From: Candidatus Thalassarchaeum betae | GTDB taxonomy: Archaea; Thermoplasmatota; Poseidoniia; Poseidoniales; Thalassarchaeaceae | Length of the DNA stretch: 64,000 bases | Direction of reading: 5' to 3' | Assembly (NCBI GenBank): GCA_003193925.1 | Contig: PSPG01000004.1 | Coordinates: 110,863-174,862, forward strand | In this document: piece by piece, positions 29,671 through 40,118 of the stretch | Layout of the letters: each line of letters begins with the position of its first letter | Numbering within the stretch: the stretch's first letter is position 1 | Program-made: the position numbers and the translations under genes | Notes under the pieces: model-generated | Database searches by the model: none | What the model was told of the DNA's origin: nothing | Seen by the model: the letters and a program-made list of their open reading frames with translations, nothing else

Positions 29671-31248
29671 TCACCCCACCTCGGCCATGAATTCGGTCCT
29701 GCATGCCGGGCATCTGGAGCGGACGGGTCTGCGCTCCAGCGGAACCCGCAGCTTCTGGTCGCACTCCGGGCAAGATAGAATCTCCTCATTGGATGTTGCT
29801 ACTGGCCACCAAGGAGCAGGCTCGGGCTCCGCTGTGCCCCCCTCAGAAGGCCCTTGACCCTGCGGACGGGGCTCAGTAGGGGACTGGACTGCCGGTTCCT
29901 CCTGAGCGGGCCGGGCGGAGAATTGCGACATGCAGGCAGGGCAGCGGACCGTCCCGGTGTGCTCGGAGGGAATGTTCAGGCGCTGCTCGCAGTTCGGGCA
30001 CTGTATCTCTCGCTTCGCGGGCGCCTTCTCGAACCTGCGAGTGATTCTTGAGTCCCTGAGCACCTTTCCTCTACCTTCCTCGGTGCCAGGTGTCCTCTCC
30101 GATACGGTCCGCCAAGCGATGATGCCGACCAGCACTACCGCGAAGCCCGACAGGGCTCCGTAGAAAGCCGCCATGAGATCGAATGGTAGTTCAGTCCCCC
30201 CACCGGAATCGGTGGACTCGACCGACAGGAACTCTGAGACTACGGTGCCTTCCATGAACCAAGTGACCTCGAGCTCCACGATCTGCGAATCCGGCCACGG
30301 GCTGATATCCATAGTGCCCGACGACGTCCCCCCCGAGGAGACGGAAGACACGATCCTCTCAGCCAGCAGCATGCCGTCAGAGGTTCGGACAACCCTGAGT
30401 TCCCCCGATAGTGTAACGGCATCCCCGGAGTTGTTCAGCCAGTATGGCAGGCTCACTGAGTCACCGGGACTTGGTTTGTTAGGTGAGTGCGGGCCGAGTT
30501 CGACGGAGGGGGATATCGAAGGTGCATCCAAGTCGACCTGCCAAGTCAGGTTGACGGCCGAGTTGCTGGTCGTCCATCCTCGTGGCTCAAGGGTCACAGA
30601 GAGGTAATCTGCTTCCGGTTCCCCCAAGGCAAGTGACAATGTCCTGAGGCCAGGCTCGAGAGTGACTGAGAACCCCTGCACCTCATGCTTGACTCCTTGG
30701 TAACCCAAGGCGATGGAGATGTTGACGTCTCTGGACTCCCCTTCGGACAGCACCACTGAAATCTGCGAATCCAGGCCATCGGCCAAGGTCCAATCGACCT
30801 CGTCGAAACTCAGGTCCAGAGACTGAGCCTCGTAGACATGGATCTCCAGAGAGCCTTGAAGCAGCGAAGAGACTCCTCCATCGTCGCTCCCGACCTCCCA
30901 ACTCATGTTCAGAACTCCGGCCGAGCTGGGAGTCATTGAGGCTGAGACCTCACGGCTCGAGCCGGGGTTGATAGCCACGTCGTCGCCGATAGAGAGATTG
31001 GTTCCCTCAGAATCGGTAAGTACCAATCTTACCGAACCGGTCTCCGAACCTTGGTTGTGAACCAGGATAGACGCTGTGATTTCGTCGCCGACATGCACTG
31101 GCTCCCCGACTACCGCCACATCAGCCGCGCCTGCGGAAGTGAACATCTTCTCATTGTCCTCGGCGAAGGCTGCCGGGGACAGAAGGGCCGATGCAAGCAT
31201 GATAACCGCGATTTTTCGCATTACTGCCACAGCAGCGCCTAGGCCCAT
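29671..31248 (-). CDS. Membrane protein with Ig/CARDB-like ectodomain and two cytoplasmic zinc ribbons
   Basis: Signal peptide, VHNQGS, WLNNSG, TM, then CPNC..CPAC and CPEC..CPAC; start uncertain. Confidence 0.7.
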   Translation of the reverse strand: MGLGAAVAVMRKIAVIMLASALLSPAAFAEDNEKMFTSAGAADVAVVGEPVHVGDEITASILVHNQGSETGSVRLVLTDSEGTNLSIGDDVAINPGSSREVSASMTPSSAGVLNMSWEVGSDDGGVSSLLQGSLEIHVYEAQSLDLSFDEVDWTLADGLDSQISVVLSEGESRDVNISIALGYQGVKHEVQGFSVTLEPGLRTLSLALGEPEADYLSVTLEPRGWTTSNSAVNLTWQVDLDAPSISPSVELGPHSPNKPSPGDSVSLPYWLNNSGDAVTLSGELRVVRTSDGMLLAERIVSSVSSGGTSSGTMDISPWPDSQIVELEVTWFMEGTVVSEFLSVESTDSGGGTELPFDLMAAFYGALSGFAVVLVGIIAWRTVSERTPGTEEGRGKVLRDSRITRRFEKAPAKREIQCPNCEQRLNIPSEHTGTVRCPACMSQFSARPAQEEPAVQSPTEPRPQGQGPSEGGTAEPEPAPWWPVATSNEEILSCPECDQKLRVPLERRPVRSRCPACRTEFMAEVG

Positions 31249-31341
31249 TGGCAATGCCTCGGAATAGGTGCCCGTATGAATCAAACGCCTGGCAAGGTCA
31301 CATAGTGACCTTTAATGCGGGCTCTCTCGTGCCCCGGAGCC

Positions 31342-32172
31342 ATGGATACCGAGGCACTGCTGGCAGTGACGCCAGAGGAGTTGGCGCAAGCACTGCTGGT
31401 GAGGAGGCAGGTTCTGAAGGAGCAGTTGCCTAACGTCATCCGCAACCTCGAGGCTGAGGAGGACTCAATGCAGCCGCGAGTACAGAGGGCAGTCAATTCC
31501 CACCGTACGGCCAATGACAAGGTAGCCCAGCTCAAGGAGCGGCGCAACGCGGCTCAGAAGAGGGCCGGAGCGACCCTGCGCGATGTCAAGCAGGCCCGTG
31601 ACAGCCTAGCCGATAGCGATGGGATGGTCAACCTCGATCCCAACTGGAAGAAGGAGAAGCTGTTCGAGGAACTGGAGGAGATCGAGGATGTGATTCAGAC
31701 CTCGGCCCTCGACCATCGTGCGGAGAGGAAGATGCTCGACCGTCGCAAGAGGTTGCTCGAAGCCAATGAGAGATGGCTGAAGTCCAGGCGCGATTCCAAT
31801 CCCGAGATGGCGAACTACATTGACACCCGAGGAGAGATGAGTTCCCTCTACAGAGAGGCGGACAAGGCCCACCGAGAGATGCTGGTGATAGTTGAGAAGG
31901 CTCAGCCGCTGCATGAGAAGAAGCTGGTCATGGGGGCTGAACTGCGTGAGCTCCGCAGGCAGTTGGATCGAGCCAAGGAGCTCTTTGCCAAGTCTGACTC
32001 GGCGATTGCTCACTGGGAGAGGAGGATCTCTGACGGATTCGATGGACTCGGTGGGGGGTTTCCCGATCTGTTGGCTGCGAACCGCAGGGTCTCCGAAGGC
32101 GGTCGCTCCTCGTTCGCTCGGAAGTCCAAGGCTAGATCCAAAGGCGCTTCAAATAGGAGTGAGGAGGAATGA
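31342..32172 (+). CDS. Archaeal coiled-coil protein (COG1340-like), paralogue 2
   Basis: Heptads, IQTSALDHRAE hinge, ADKAH. Confidence 0.7.
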   Translation: MDTEALLAVTPEELAQALLVRRQVLKEQLPNVIRNLEAEEDSMQPRVQRAVNSHRTANDKVAQLKERRNAAQKRAGATLRDVKQARDSLADSDGMVNLDPNWKKEKLFEELEEIEDVIQTSALDHRAERKMLDRRKRLLEANERWLKSRRDSNPEMANYIDTRGEMSSLYREADKAHREMLVIVEKAQPLHEKKLVMGAELRELRRQLDRAKELFAKSDSAIAHWERRISDGFDGLGGGFPDLLAANRRVSEGGRSSFARKSKARSKGASNRSEEE

Positions 32173-33143
32173 GCGAAGGCAAGGACTCGGGCCTATTCGA
32201 GGATCTGGAGGCGATGGATCACAAGGACATCGAAGAACTCAGGGGAGATCTGGAGAGAGACCTGAGGTCCGTCGATCAGCAGCACAGGGAACTGAGGGAC
32301 GAGAGGCGAAACCAAGTCGACATCGTCCGCTCGATGAGATCTGCTGTAGGGGAGATCGAGTCCGCCGACGGAGAGAGGAAGGGTCTTCTCAAGAAATTCC
32401 ACGCTACCAGGAAGTCCGCCGACGAAGCTCGCAAGCAAAGGGACTCCGTCAACAACTGCATCCCCCCTCCCGCTGATGTCCTGTCCGAGTGGCTGGCAGA
32501 GACCCATCGTCGACTGATTACCATCGACAACGACCTTACCTGCGTGCCGACCCTTGCCCGAGAACTCGATACCTTCAGTCGCTTCTTCGAGCTTCAGGCC
32601 GCCATCGTCAGGAAGAGGGAGTCCGAGGTCGCGCACGGGAAATACGTGAAGCATGTCCAGGACATGAGGGCGATAACCTCGAGGCTAGACGCCACTCGCA
32701 AGACCAAGAAGGACAGTGCGGAGAACGCGTCGGCGAAGTCGGACATAGAGCCCGGAAAAATCTCTCGCTCGGAAGTTCGTAAGACTAGTCGGGGAATCGA
32801 CAAGATAGACAAGAAACTCGATGTCCTCAGTTCCGAGCGCAAGTCCCTGCGCAAGAGCCTGGGACGAATCAAAGCCTATCAGAAAGTCACTATGCGAGGC
32901 GGTCGGCATATTCGCCTGTCCGATGTCAAGGACCGGGCCCAGAGCGGAGGCTCGCTCGATGCGAGTGAGCTTGAGGTCCTGCTGAATTCGGGAGCACTGT
33001 CCGAATTGGCCGGTTCGGAGCCCGCCAAGGAGTCCAAGCCGAAGACCCGACAAGGTGGCAAGAAGAAGCGCATGAGGCTGGGTGTGACCAGAGGCGGCTC
33101 GAGGAAGGGGACTATGGCTGCTCGCAGGGAGAATGACGGCTGA
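32169..33143 (+). CDS. Archaeal coiled-coil protein (COG1340-like), paralogue 3
   Basis: RDSVN, SEVAH, GGSLDASELEVLL, tail RLGVTRG; ATGA overlap. Confidence 0.7.
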   Translation: MSEGKDSGLFEDLEAMDHKDIEELRGDLERDLRSVDQQHRELRDERRNQVDIVRSMRSAVGEIESADGERKGLLKKFHATRKSADEARKQRDSVNNCIPPPADVLSEWLAETHRRLITIDNDLTCVPTLARELDTFSRFFELQAAIVRKRESEVAHGKYVKHVQDMRAITSRLDATRKTKKDSAENASAKSDIEPGKISRSEVRKTSRGIDKIDKKLDVLSSERKSLRKSLGRIKAYQKVTMRGGRHIRLSDVKDRAQSGGSLDASELEVLLNSGALSELAGSEPAKESKPKTRQGGKKKRMRLGVTRGGSRKGTMAARRENDG

Positions 33144-33211
33144 GCAGATTCTTTGGCTTCCGCCACTCCTAAATGGGGGTCCAAGTTCCGAAAATGCGCA
33201 GAGGCTTTTAG

Positions 33212-34102
33212 ATGGCAGTGGAATTCAGCGAAGTTCGTGGTGTCCTCCAGCCCCTGTGCGAATCAATTGATGGGAAGTCATCCGTCCAACGCGACAATCG
33301 TGATGAGTGGAATGGTAAAGTCAGGGAGTACCTCGACGAGAGAAACGAGATCAACCGGCAAGTCAAGGGGCTCATCAACGAAGTCCAAACCCAAAAGGCC
33401 ATTCGCGACGAGCTCAACCTCAGGGTCAGGGGGCTCAAAGAGGTCAGGGCCGAGCGTTCCGACCACCTGAAGGACATCAGAACGAAACTTCGAGCGAAAC
33501 TGACTGCGCAGGAGGAGGAGCAGGGGGCCCAGGAGCGCAGGGGGGACAAGCGTCCCTCCGCAGGTAAGATCAGGGCTGATATGGAAAGGCTCGAGAAGAG
33601 GTACAATACAGGGCAGTTCCTCGGCAAGAAGGAACGAGATTACCACAAGAAGGCGAAGCAGCTCTCTGAGGCTCTGAAGGAGGCTTCCAAGAGAAAGGGC
33701 GCCGGAACGATGCGCGAGCTCAAGGACTCGGTCAGGGATGCTGAGCGCCTCCAGGAGGAGGCACACAAGTCGGTCGAGAGGGCAGTGAAGAGTGCACAAG
33801 AGGCCCACGACCTGATGGTAGAGTTGTCCGAGGAGGTAGACCGCCTAAGGGAGAAAGCTAACTCCGCTCACTCGAGTCTGACTCGCTCCAAGCGCGAGGC
33901 AGATACCATGCACAGCCGGTACATCGTCTCACTGCGATGCATACACTCTATTCGGGACATGATGAAGGCGATGGATTCGCGAGAGAAGAGGGAAGAGGAG
34001 TCACCCGACACCGAGAGGCTGGAGGTCGCCGACTTGATGTCCAAGCTGATGGCCGGAGACACGCTGTCAACCGATGAGTTGATGGCCCTCAGGCGATACT
34101 GA
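33212..34102 (+). CDS. Archaeal coiled-coil protein (COG1340-like), paralogue 4
   Basis: RDEWN/RNEIN/RDELN repeats, QEEAH/AQEAH/ADTMH, C-terminal GDTLSTDELMAL. Confidence 0.78.
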   Translation: MAVEFSEVRGVLQPLCESIDGKSSVQRDNRDEWNGKVREYLDERNEINRQVKGLINEVQTQKAIRDELNLRVRGLKEVRAERSDHLKDIRTKLRAKLTAQEEEQGAQERRGDKRPSAGKIRADMERLEKRYNTGQFLGKKERDYHKKAKQLSEALKEASKRKGAGTMRELKDSVRDAERLQEEAHKSVERAVKSAQEAHDLMVELSEEVDRLREKANSAHSSLTRSKREADTMHSRYIVSLRCIHSIRDMMKAMDSREKREEESPDTERLEVADLMSKLMAGDTLSTDELMALRRY

Positions 34103-34105
34103 CCG

Positions 34106-35053
34106 TCACTCGTACTCGTACCGCCTTCCATTGCGGCCGTGCAGAATCTGGGTTGGTGCACCCTCTACGTCTATGATCCAGCCCGGTATTGTCACAGGGG
34201 ACTCACTGAGCTCTGCCGTTTCCGGGTCGAACCTCCACCACTCCAGCATCACGCTGCTCACCGGACCTTCATCGGAATCCGGCTCGCCCTGCTTACGCGA
34301 ATCCAGAAGTCTGAGGAGTTCTGGGGGGAAGTCCCACATATCCGTCCAACTCCCCTCCGAGGGGCCCACCGCCCTGAGTCTGGGAGGATAGCTGAGTTCC
34401 TCGTCCGAATCGTAGATCGCAAGGCTGGAAGACCAAGGGTCCTCCAGCACCTGCCACGCTCCCCACTCCCTCTCGTCATCGGGGCCTACGAGCGAGCCTG
34501 AGACGAGCCATAGTTTCGCAGACAGCAGGACAGGAGTGGTATTGACTCCCTCCCATCCGCGTTGTACCAGCCAGGAGTCAAGATCCACGAGTGGCCTCAG
34601 AGTCCTGCGCTGACCGAGAGATTCTCTGGCAGGGGGGGTATGGGCACCGTGTTCAGCGTCCAACCCAGACTGCGAGTATGGAGAGTGCGCAACGAGGTCG
34701 CCGGAGAGCACGGCCTCACCGATCCATCGCCCCATTCGCTCAGGCCCCCATATGACTACATCCACTGCAGAGTCGATGGAATCCAGTATCCCGTCCGGGA
34801 AGGGGCGCTCGCTGAGTATCCAATGCCTGCCTCCTGGAGCGTCGACGCTCCACCTCTCGATCTCCGTCGGCGAGATAGGAAGGAGATCTGCGGGGACATG
34901 CCACACATGAACCGAGGAGCCCCGCCCCTCGCCTAGTTCCGGCACCCTCTCAGCAACACCCATACACCTGAACCCATGGACCTTCGGCACGTTGTCCGCT
35001 GAGTGAAGTTGTACGGCCCGCAATGCGAGTAGGTCACGTACTGCCTCATCCAC
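34106..35053 (-). CDS. Hypothetical protein
   Basis: 315-aa ORF filling the gap; TTCAA box 24 nt upstream of GTG. Confidence 0.65.
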   Translation of the reverse strand: MDEAVRDLLALRAVQLHSADNVPKVHGFRCMGVAERVPELGEGRGSSVHVWHVPADLLPISPTEIERWSVDAPGGRHWILSERPFPDGILDSIDSAVDVVIWGPERMGRWIGEAVLSGDLVAHSPYSQSGLDAEHGAHTPPARESLGQRRTLRPLVDLDSWLVQRGWEGVNTTPVLLSAKLWLVSGSLVGPDDEREWGAWQVLEDPWSSSLAIYDSDEELSYPPRLRAVGPSEGSWTDMWDFPPELLRLLDSRKQGEPDSDEGPVSSVMLEWWRFDPETAELSESPVTIPGWIIDVEGAPTQILHGRNGRRYEYE

Positions 35054-35135
35054 AGCGCGAGCGACAGAGGAGAGGCCTTGAAACGAACGCCTCGGAAGCG
35101 ATTCGGAAGCGGATTAGCCCGGAGGCCGCGGCACG

Positions 35136-35432
35136 TCAGACGTTGGTGGTCAGAGAGAGCAGGTCGCTCTGACCGGGTTCCAAAATGCACAGTGCGCTCA
35201 CCGGAAACGGCTTTGCGCATGCCGCCCCCAGTTGGCGATTGACCAGCTCGACCCTGTGGACGGTGACGTCAGGGTGACGCTCGGTCAGGTCAGAGATGTA
35301 GCCTTCGGGGCAGTTCGCGGCGACCAGCACCAATCTGGCATCGCCCTTGGCGCATGCGCTCATGGTCTGCCTCTGGCCAAACAGGACGCTGCCCGTGTTC
35401 ATCCCCTGCTTGAGTTGCCGTGCTATATCCAT
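35136..35432 (-). CDS. rpl30e: Ribosomal protein eL30 (L30e)
   Basis: TGSVLFG, AANCP, LGAACAKPF, GQSDLL; follows rpoA''. Confidence 0.93.
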   Translation of the reverse strand: MDIARQLKQGMNTGSVLFGQRQTMSACAKGDARLVLVAANCPEGYISDLTERHPDVTVHRVELVNRQLGAACAKPFPVSALCILEPGQSDLLSLTTNV

Positions 35433-35445
35433 AGTCAGCCCTCGG

Positions 35446-37017
35446 TCAAACGTTCTCGGGAATGTAGAACAGGTCGACGCTTCCAGTGCCCAGTGCCACG
35501 GGTTGTCCGACGATGATGTTCTCGGTCACCCCCCTGAGCTCGTCTCGCTCTCCGATGACCCCAGCCTGGAGCAGATGGGTGACCGTGACCTCGAAGGCGG
35601 AGCGTGCGAGGATGCTGTGCTTGGTGCCGCTGACGCCGTGCCTGCCTATCGCTCGGACCGCGCCTTCGCTGGTCATTACGTCCGACACGGTCAGAAGATG
35701 GCGGATGTCGACCTCGAGTCCGGCTCCCTCAAGCGTGTCCGACATCTCGTTGATTATCGCTTGCCTGGCAGCCTCGATACCGAGATACCCATTGATCTCG
35801 GTAATGTTGTTGGTGTAGGTCCTCGACCTGTCGACCCCGGCGAACTCGCTGACCTTGGCCAGGTTGGAGCCGATGGTAGAGATGTAGTACTCCCCGGTCT
35901 CCCTGCTGGGGCCCTGTACATTGGCACGGACGACGTCGGGCAGTCCCTTCAGACGCAGTTTCTTGATCTTATCTTCGAGCTGTAGGAGCGCGGTGTAGGT
36001 CGGCGGATCGTTGGCCAGACTGGCGAGGTCCTCCTCCTTGGTGACTCCCGGGATAATCTTCAGGACCTTTGGGCGGTCCTCGTTGTCAGCCTGGATGTGG
36101 AGTCGGAGAGCCCGGGACAACTTGTCCCTGACTTCGGCCCCAGTCATGCCCTTGCGCCTGAGATTGGAAACGATGAGATGCAAGCTGATGTGGCGTTGCG
36201 TGATCTCGACGTCGATCTTGGCGATATCGAGCGTGGTGGTCATCTCGACTCCAGCGGCGATTTTCAGGACCGCCTTCTCATTGGTGTTCAGCGGCTTGCC
36301 CTTCGAATCGAGCTCTTCGAGATATATCAGCATGGTCGGGGTCTTGGGGACCTTGCGTGCGTCCACTATCTCGATGACTCTTGGCAGCCCCTGGGTCACG
36401 TTCACAGTGGCGACTCCTGCATAGTGGAAGGTTCGCATTGTCATCTGAGTACCCGGCTCCCCTATGGACTGGGCTGTGGTGATGCCGACGGCCTCGTGCG
36501 GGTCGGCCCTGGCGCTGGATAGGGCTGACCAAGTGGACTCAATCACCTTCCTCGCCTTCGGCTTGGTTAGTTTCTTGATACCTCTGGCGCGGACGCCATC
36601 GACCAAGTCACCGATCATGCGCGGAGTCAGATTGATGTTCATCCCGATCGAGAGCTCGCGGAGCTGCTGATAGATCTCGTCGTCGGTGTCCACGTCCCGG
36701 AGAATCTGCTTCATCTTGGCATCTGGGTCGTAGTCCTGCAATGGCAGGGACTTCTTCTTGCGGCGCCTGGAGACAGCCCTGCGTCGCACGATGGTCTTCT
36801 CGGCCTGAGCTGCGGCCCTAGACGGCTTGGTGGAGGTCTCCATCACTCTGTGGATCTCTTGAGCCGACCCCGAATCGATTCCGCAGATCTGCGCGATCTG
36901 CCCCGAGGTGAGGATCTTCACATCATCCCACTTGCGATCATCGGCGAGCTTGTGAGAGTACTCCTCGGCTATGCCGAGATCCATGAGTTTCTTCTTAGTG
37001 GCGCTCTTGACTACCAT
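35446..37017 (-). CDS. rpoA2: RNA polymerase subunit A'' (Rpo1C) with N-terminal extension
   Basis: [46 protein letters not shown]. Confidence 0.97.
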   Translation of the reverse strand: MVVKSATKKKLMDLGIAEEYSHKLADDRKWDDVKILTSGQIAQICGIDSGSAQEIHRVMETSTKPSRAAAQAEKTIVRRRAVSRRRKKKSLPLQDYDPDAKMKQILRDVDTDDEIYQQLRELSIGMNINLTPRMIGDLVDGVRARGIKKLTKPKARKVIESTWSALSSARADPHEAVGITTAQSIGEPGTQMTMRTFHYAGVATVNVTQGLPRVIEIVDARKVPKTPTMLIYLEELDSKGKPLNTNEKAVLKIAAGVEMTTTLDIAKIDVEITQRHISLHLIVSNLRRKGMTGAEVRDKLSRALRLHIQADNEDRPKVLKIIPGVTKEEDLASLANDPPTYTALLQLEDKIKKLRLKGLPDVVRANVQGPSRETGEYYISTIGSNLAKVSEFAGVDRSRTYTNNITEINGYLGIEAARQAIINEMSDTLEGAGLEVDIRHLLTVSDVMTSEGAVRAIGRHGVSGTKHSILARSAFEVTVTHLLQAGVIGERDELRGVTENIIVGQPVALGTGSVDLFYIPENV

Positions 37018-40000
37018 CAGTCCTCACCTCCAAGAGCGTCATCGAGGACCTGTACGACATCAAAGGGGGAGCCCTTGCGGCTGCGGGCGGGGTCTATGCC
37101 GTCCTCGCCGTACTCGAACTGGATGATGCGGCCCGCCGTGTTGCGCACCGAGTTCATCCCGTCGTCGGAGACCTTGAGGTCATCCATCGCGTTGATCAGG
37201 CGGCGCTGCATGTAGCCGGACTTACTGGTTCTGACTGCGGTGTCCACGAGGGACTCGCGGCCGGACACGGAGAGCATGAAGAACTCGGTCGGCTCGAGGC
37301 CGCGCTTGAACGAGGAGGAGACGAATCCCTTCTCCTTGGCGCCCTTGACCCCCCGTGGAAAGTGGGCTAGCACGCGATCCTGGTAGCCACGCTCGAGGCG
37401 CTTGCCGCGGACCTTGGGCTGGCCGATGGAGCCGGCCATCATCGCGAGGTTGTCCATCGAGCCGCGAGCGCCGGAGACGGCCATCAGAACGGCCGGGTTG
37501 TCATCAGGCAGGTGGGCCTTGGCCACCTCTCCGGACTCGGCCTTGCCCTGGTCGAGGATTTGGAGGATATTCTCCTCGAGCGTCTCGAGGGGGGTCCTTC
37601 CGGGTCGGGCCTCGTAATGGCGGCCATCCTTGCCGAAGTTCGCCAGCTCGGCGTCGACCTCGTCGCTGGCCCTGCGGTTGATCTCGGCGATCTCGACCTT
37701 GGCCTCGGGGGGCAGGTCCTCGTCGTCGATGCCTGTGGTGAATCCCATGGCGGTGCATATGGCGATCGTCATCTTGGTCATCCTGTTCAGGAACTCTGCT
37801 CCGACATCGGAGCCGTGAGTCTGGACCACGGCGTCGAGCAAGCGTCCGTCCTCGGCGCCGATGCCGCGCTTGTCTATGGTGCCGCTGACCTGCCCTCCGG
37901 AGACAATGACCTCATCACCCGAGCGGCTGGTGTATTGCAGTTTGAATCCCCCTGGGACGATCAGGCTCAGTATGTCGGTTCCGCGGTATCCCACAGCCCC
38001 GTCCACCTGGACCTCCTCGGGGAGGTCGCCGTCCCAGCCGATGGCACCGAGGATCTCCAAGACGAGGTTCTTGGGCAGGATCCTGTCACCGTGTGTGAGC
38101 AGGTAGGCTCCTGAGATGTGGTCGTGGATGCCCCCGATCACACTGCCTCCGTAGCGGGGAGTGATGATGTGCTCCTGCACGCGCATGAGTATCTTGGCCT
38201 CTGCGCGTGCCTCCTCGCTCTGGATGATGTGCAGGTTCATCTCGTCGCCGTCGAAGTCGGCATTGTACGGAGTGCAGTCGGCCAGGTTGAATCTGAAGGT
38301 CTTGCCCTGCATTACTCGGATCTCGTGGACCAGCATGGACATCCTGTGAAGTGACGGCTGTCGGTTGAATATGGCGACGTCGCCGTCGATCAAGTGCCTC
38401 TCCACGATGACGCCTGGCTGCGGGTTGCCGTCCCTGTCGAGGGTGCTCAGCCTGTCCTCGATCTCGGTGGAGTAAGCATTGCCGTACTCATCCTCGATCT
38501 CGGGGCTGCCGCAGTGTGGGCAGATGACCTCCAGATGCTCTGGGAAGTACTCACCCGGGTTGGAATGCTCCCACTTCCATCTGTTGTGGATGATCCCCTT
38601 GTGGTCTTTCTCGGGAAGCGGCTGGCCGCGCTCGTCCTCTCCCTTGAGATTTGAAATCGTCGCCTCCAGGTCGACTCCCCACTCCTCCTCGAGCTCACCG
38701 ATGGAGTTCCTGCGCATCTGGCGCTTGAGCGCCAAGCCGGGCAGGAAGTTCGGGGCGGGCAGGACCTCGTTGAGGTCAGGCCTGTAGCCGGTGTAGGGCT
38801 CGTCCTCGCTGTCAGCGACGCCAGGGAGGCACTCTGGGTTCAGGCAGCGGAAGCCCGCCCAGATGTACTTGGTGCGGTCTGTGATCCGGACTCTGAAGTG
38901 GTCCCCGCGCACGATGTAATTGACACCCGGATGCACATCGGGTCCACGCAGGACCATCTGTCGCAGCTGCTCGCGATTGCGGCTGGTCACCCTGATTGGC
39001 ACGGTGAGCTCCTTCGCCGTCTTTTCGGGCACGCCGACCTCGTTGATGCCGAGGTTGGGATCGGGGCTGATCACCGTGCGTGCGCAGAAGTTGACGCGCT
39101 TTCCGGAGAGGTTGCTTCGGAATCTGCCCTCCTTGCCCTTCAGGCGCTGGGCGAGGGTCTTGAGGGGTCGGCCGGAGCGGTGTCGGGCCGGCGGGATCCC
39201 ACTGGTCTGATTGTCGAAGTAGGTGGTGCAGTGGTACTGCAGCAACTCCCACAGATCCTCCACGATGAGTTGGGGAGCGCCGGCGTCGCGGTTCTCGCGC
39301 AGCCGCTGGTTGATTCTGAGGACGTCCACCAGCTTGTGGGTGAGGTCATCCTCGGAGCGGTCACCGCTGTCGAGGGTGATCGAGGGGCGGACCGTGATTG
39401 GGGGTACTGGAAGAACCTTCATGATTACCCACTCGGGACGGCTGGAGTCCTTGTCCATCCCGAGGAATATCAGGTGCTCGTCGGGAATCCTCTCTAGCCA
39501 CTCGCGGATATCCCTGGCGTTGAGTTTGTGCTCCCCCTTGTCGGCCTTCTTCTCCTTGAATGTAGAAGGCTTGTCGAGGATGATCTTGCCCTGCTCGGAA
39601 CCACAGTGCATGCAGATGACCCTCCTCTTATGGGCGCACTCCTTCTCTATGTCCTTGATGATCTTCTTGAACTCGCGGGAGCCGACTCCGTGCTTGATCA
39701 TGATGTCATGAATGCGGTCCCTGTAGAAGTCCTGCTCGGACTTCTCTGGATCTAGGGGGTGGGTCTCAGCGGAACTGTGCAGAAGCACCTTGCTACATTT
39801 GTTGCAGGTCGACTTCAGCGCTGTTTTGAGGAGATTCGTGAAGCCGATGTGGATGATCGGCAACTCCAGCGCGATGTGTCCGAAGTGGCTTGGGCACTCC
39901 TCGTGTTTGTTGCCGCAGGTCTCACAGCGGATCCCGGGGTCGATAACGCCCATCTTTGGGTCCATCAGCCCCTGCTTGTACGCGTGCCCGTCGTCCTTGT

Positions 40001-40118
40001 AGGTGTCAGCGGTCTTGATTTCGACAGCGGACATCTTACGAATCTCGTTGGGATCCATCAAACCGAACTTGATCGACTCGATCCTCTTCGGGATCTTGGC
40101 TGCGTCGCGCGCACTCAT
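37017..40118 (-). CDS. rpoA1: RNA polymerase subunit A' (Rpo1N) with large insertion
   Basis: Catalytic [28 protein letters not shown]; start MSARD overlaps the rpoB stop. Confidence 0.98.
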   Translation of the reverse strand: MSARDAAKIPKRIESIKFGLMDPNEIRKMSAVEIKTADTYKDDGHAYKQGLMDPKMGVIDPGIRCETCGNKHEECPSHFGHIALELPIIHIGFTNLLKTALKSTCNKCSKVLLHSSAETHPLDPEKSEQDFYRDRIHDIMIKHGVGSREFKKIIKDIEKECAHKRRVICMHCGSEQGKIILDKPSTFKEKKADKGEHKLNARDIREWLERIPDEHLIFLGMDKDSSRPEWVIMKVLPVPPITVRPSITLDSGDRSEDDLTHKLVDVLRINQRLRENRDAGAPQLIVEDLWELLQYHCTTYFDNQTSGIPPARHRSGRPLKTLAQRLKGKEGRFRSNLSGKRVNFCARTVISPDPNLGINEVGVPEKTAKELTVPIRVTSRNREQLRQMVLRGPDVHPGVNYIVRGDHFRVRITDRTKYIWAGFRCLNPECLPGVADSEDEPYTGYRPDLNEVLPAPNFLPGLALKRQMRRNSIGELEEEWGVDLEATISNLKGEDERGQPLPEKDHKGIIHNRWKWEHSNPGEYFPEHLEVICPHCGSPEIEDEYGNAYSTEIEDRLSTLDRDGNPQPGVIVERHLIDGDVAIFNRQPSLHRMSMLVHEIRVMQGKTFRFNLADCTPYNADFDGDEMNLHIIQSEEARAEAKILMRVQEHIITPRYGGSVIGGIHDHISGAYLLTHGDRILPKNLVLEILGAIGWDGDLPEEVQVDGAVGYRGTDILSLIVPGGFKLQYTSRSGDEVIVSGGQVSGTIDKRGIGAEDGRLLDAVVQTHGSDVGAEFLNRMTKMTIAICTAMGFTTGIDDEDLPPEAKVEIAEINRRASDEVDAELANFGKDGRHYEARPGRTPLETLEENILQILDQGKAESGEVAKAHLPDDNPAVLMAVSGARGSMDNLAMMAGSIGQPKVRGKRLERGYQDRVLAHFPRGVKGAKEKGFVSSSFKRGLEPTEFFMLSVSGRESLVDTAVRTSKSGYMQRRLINAMDDLKVSDDGMNSVRNTAGRIIQFEYGEDGIDPARSRKGSPFDVVQVLDDALGGED

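Noticed and set aside
38410-38870. Intein in RpoA'
   Set aside because: No N-terminal C/S block with terminal HN followed by C/S/T; the internal HN is followed by R; the Cys pattern suits zinc binding
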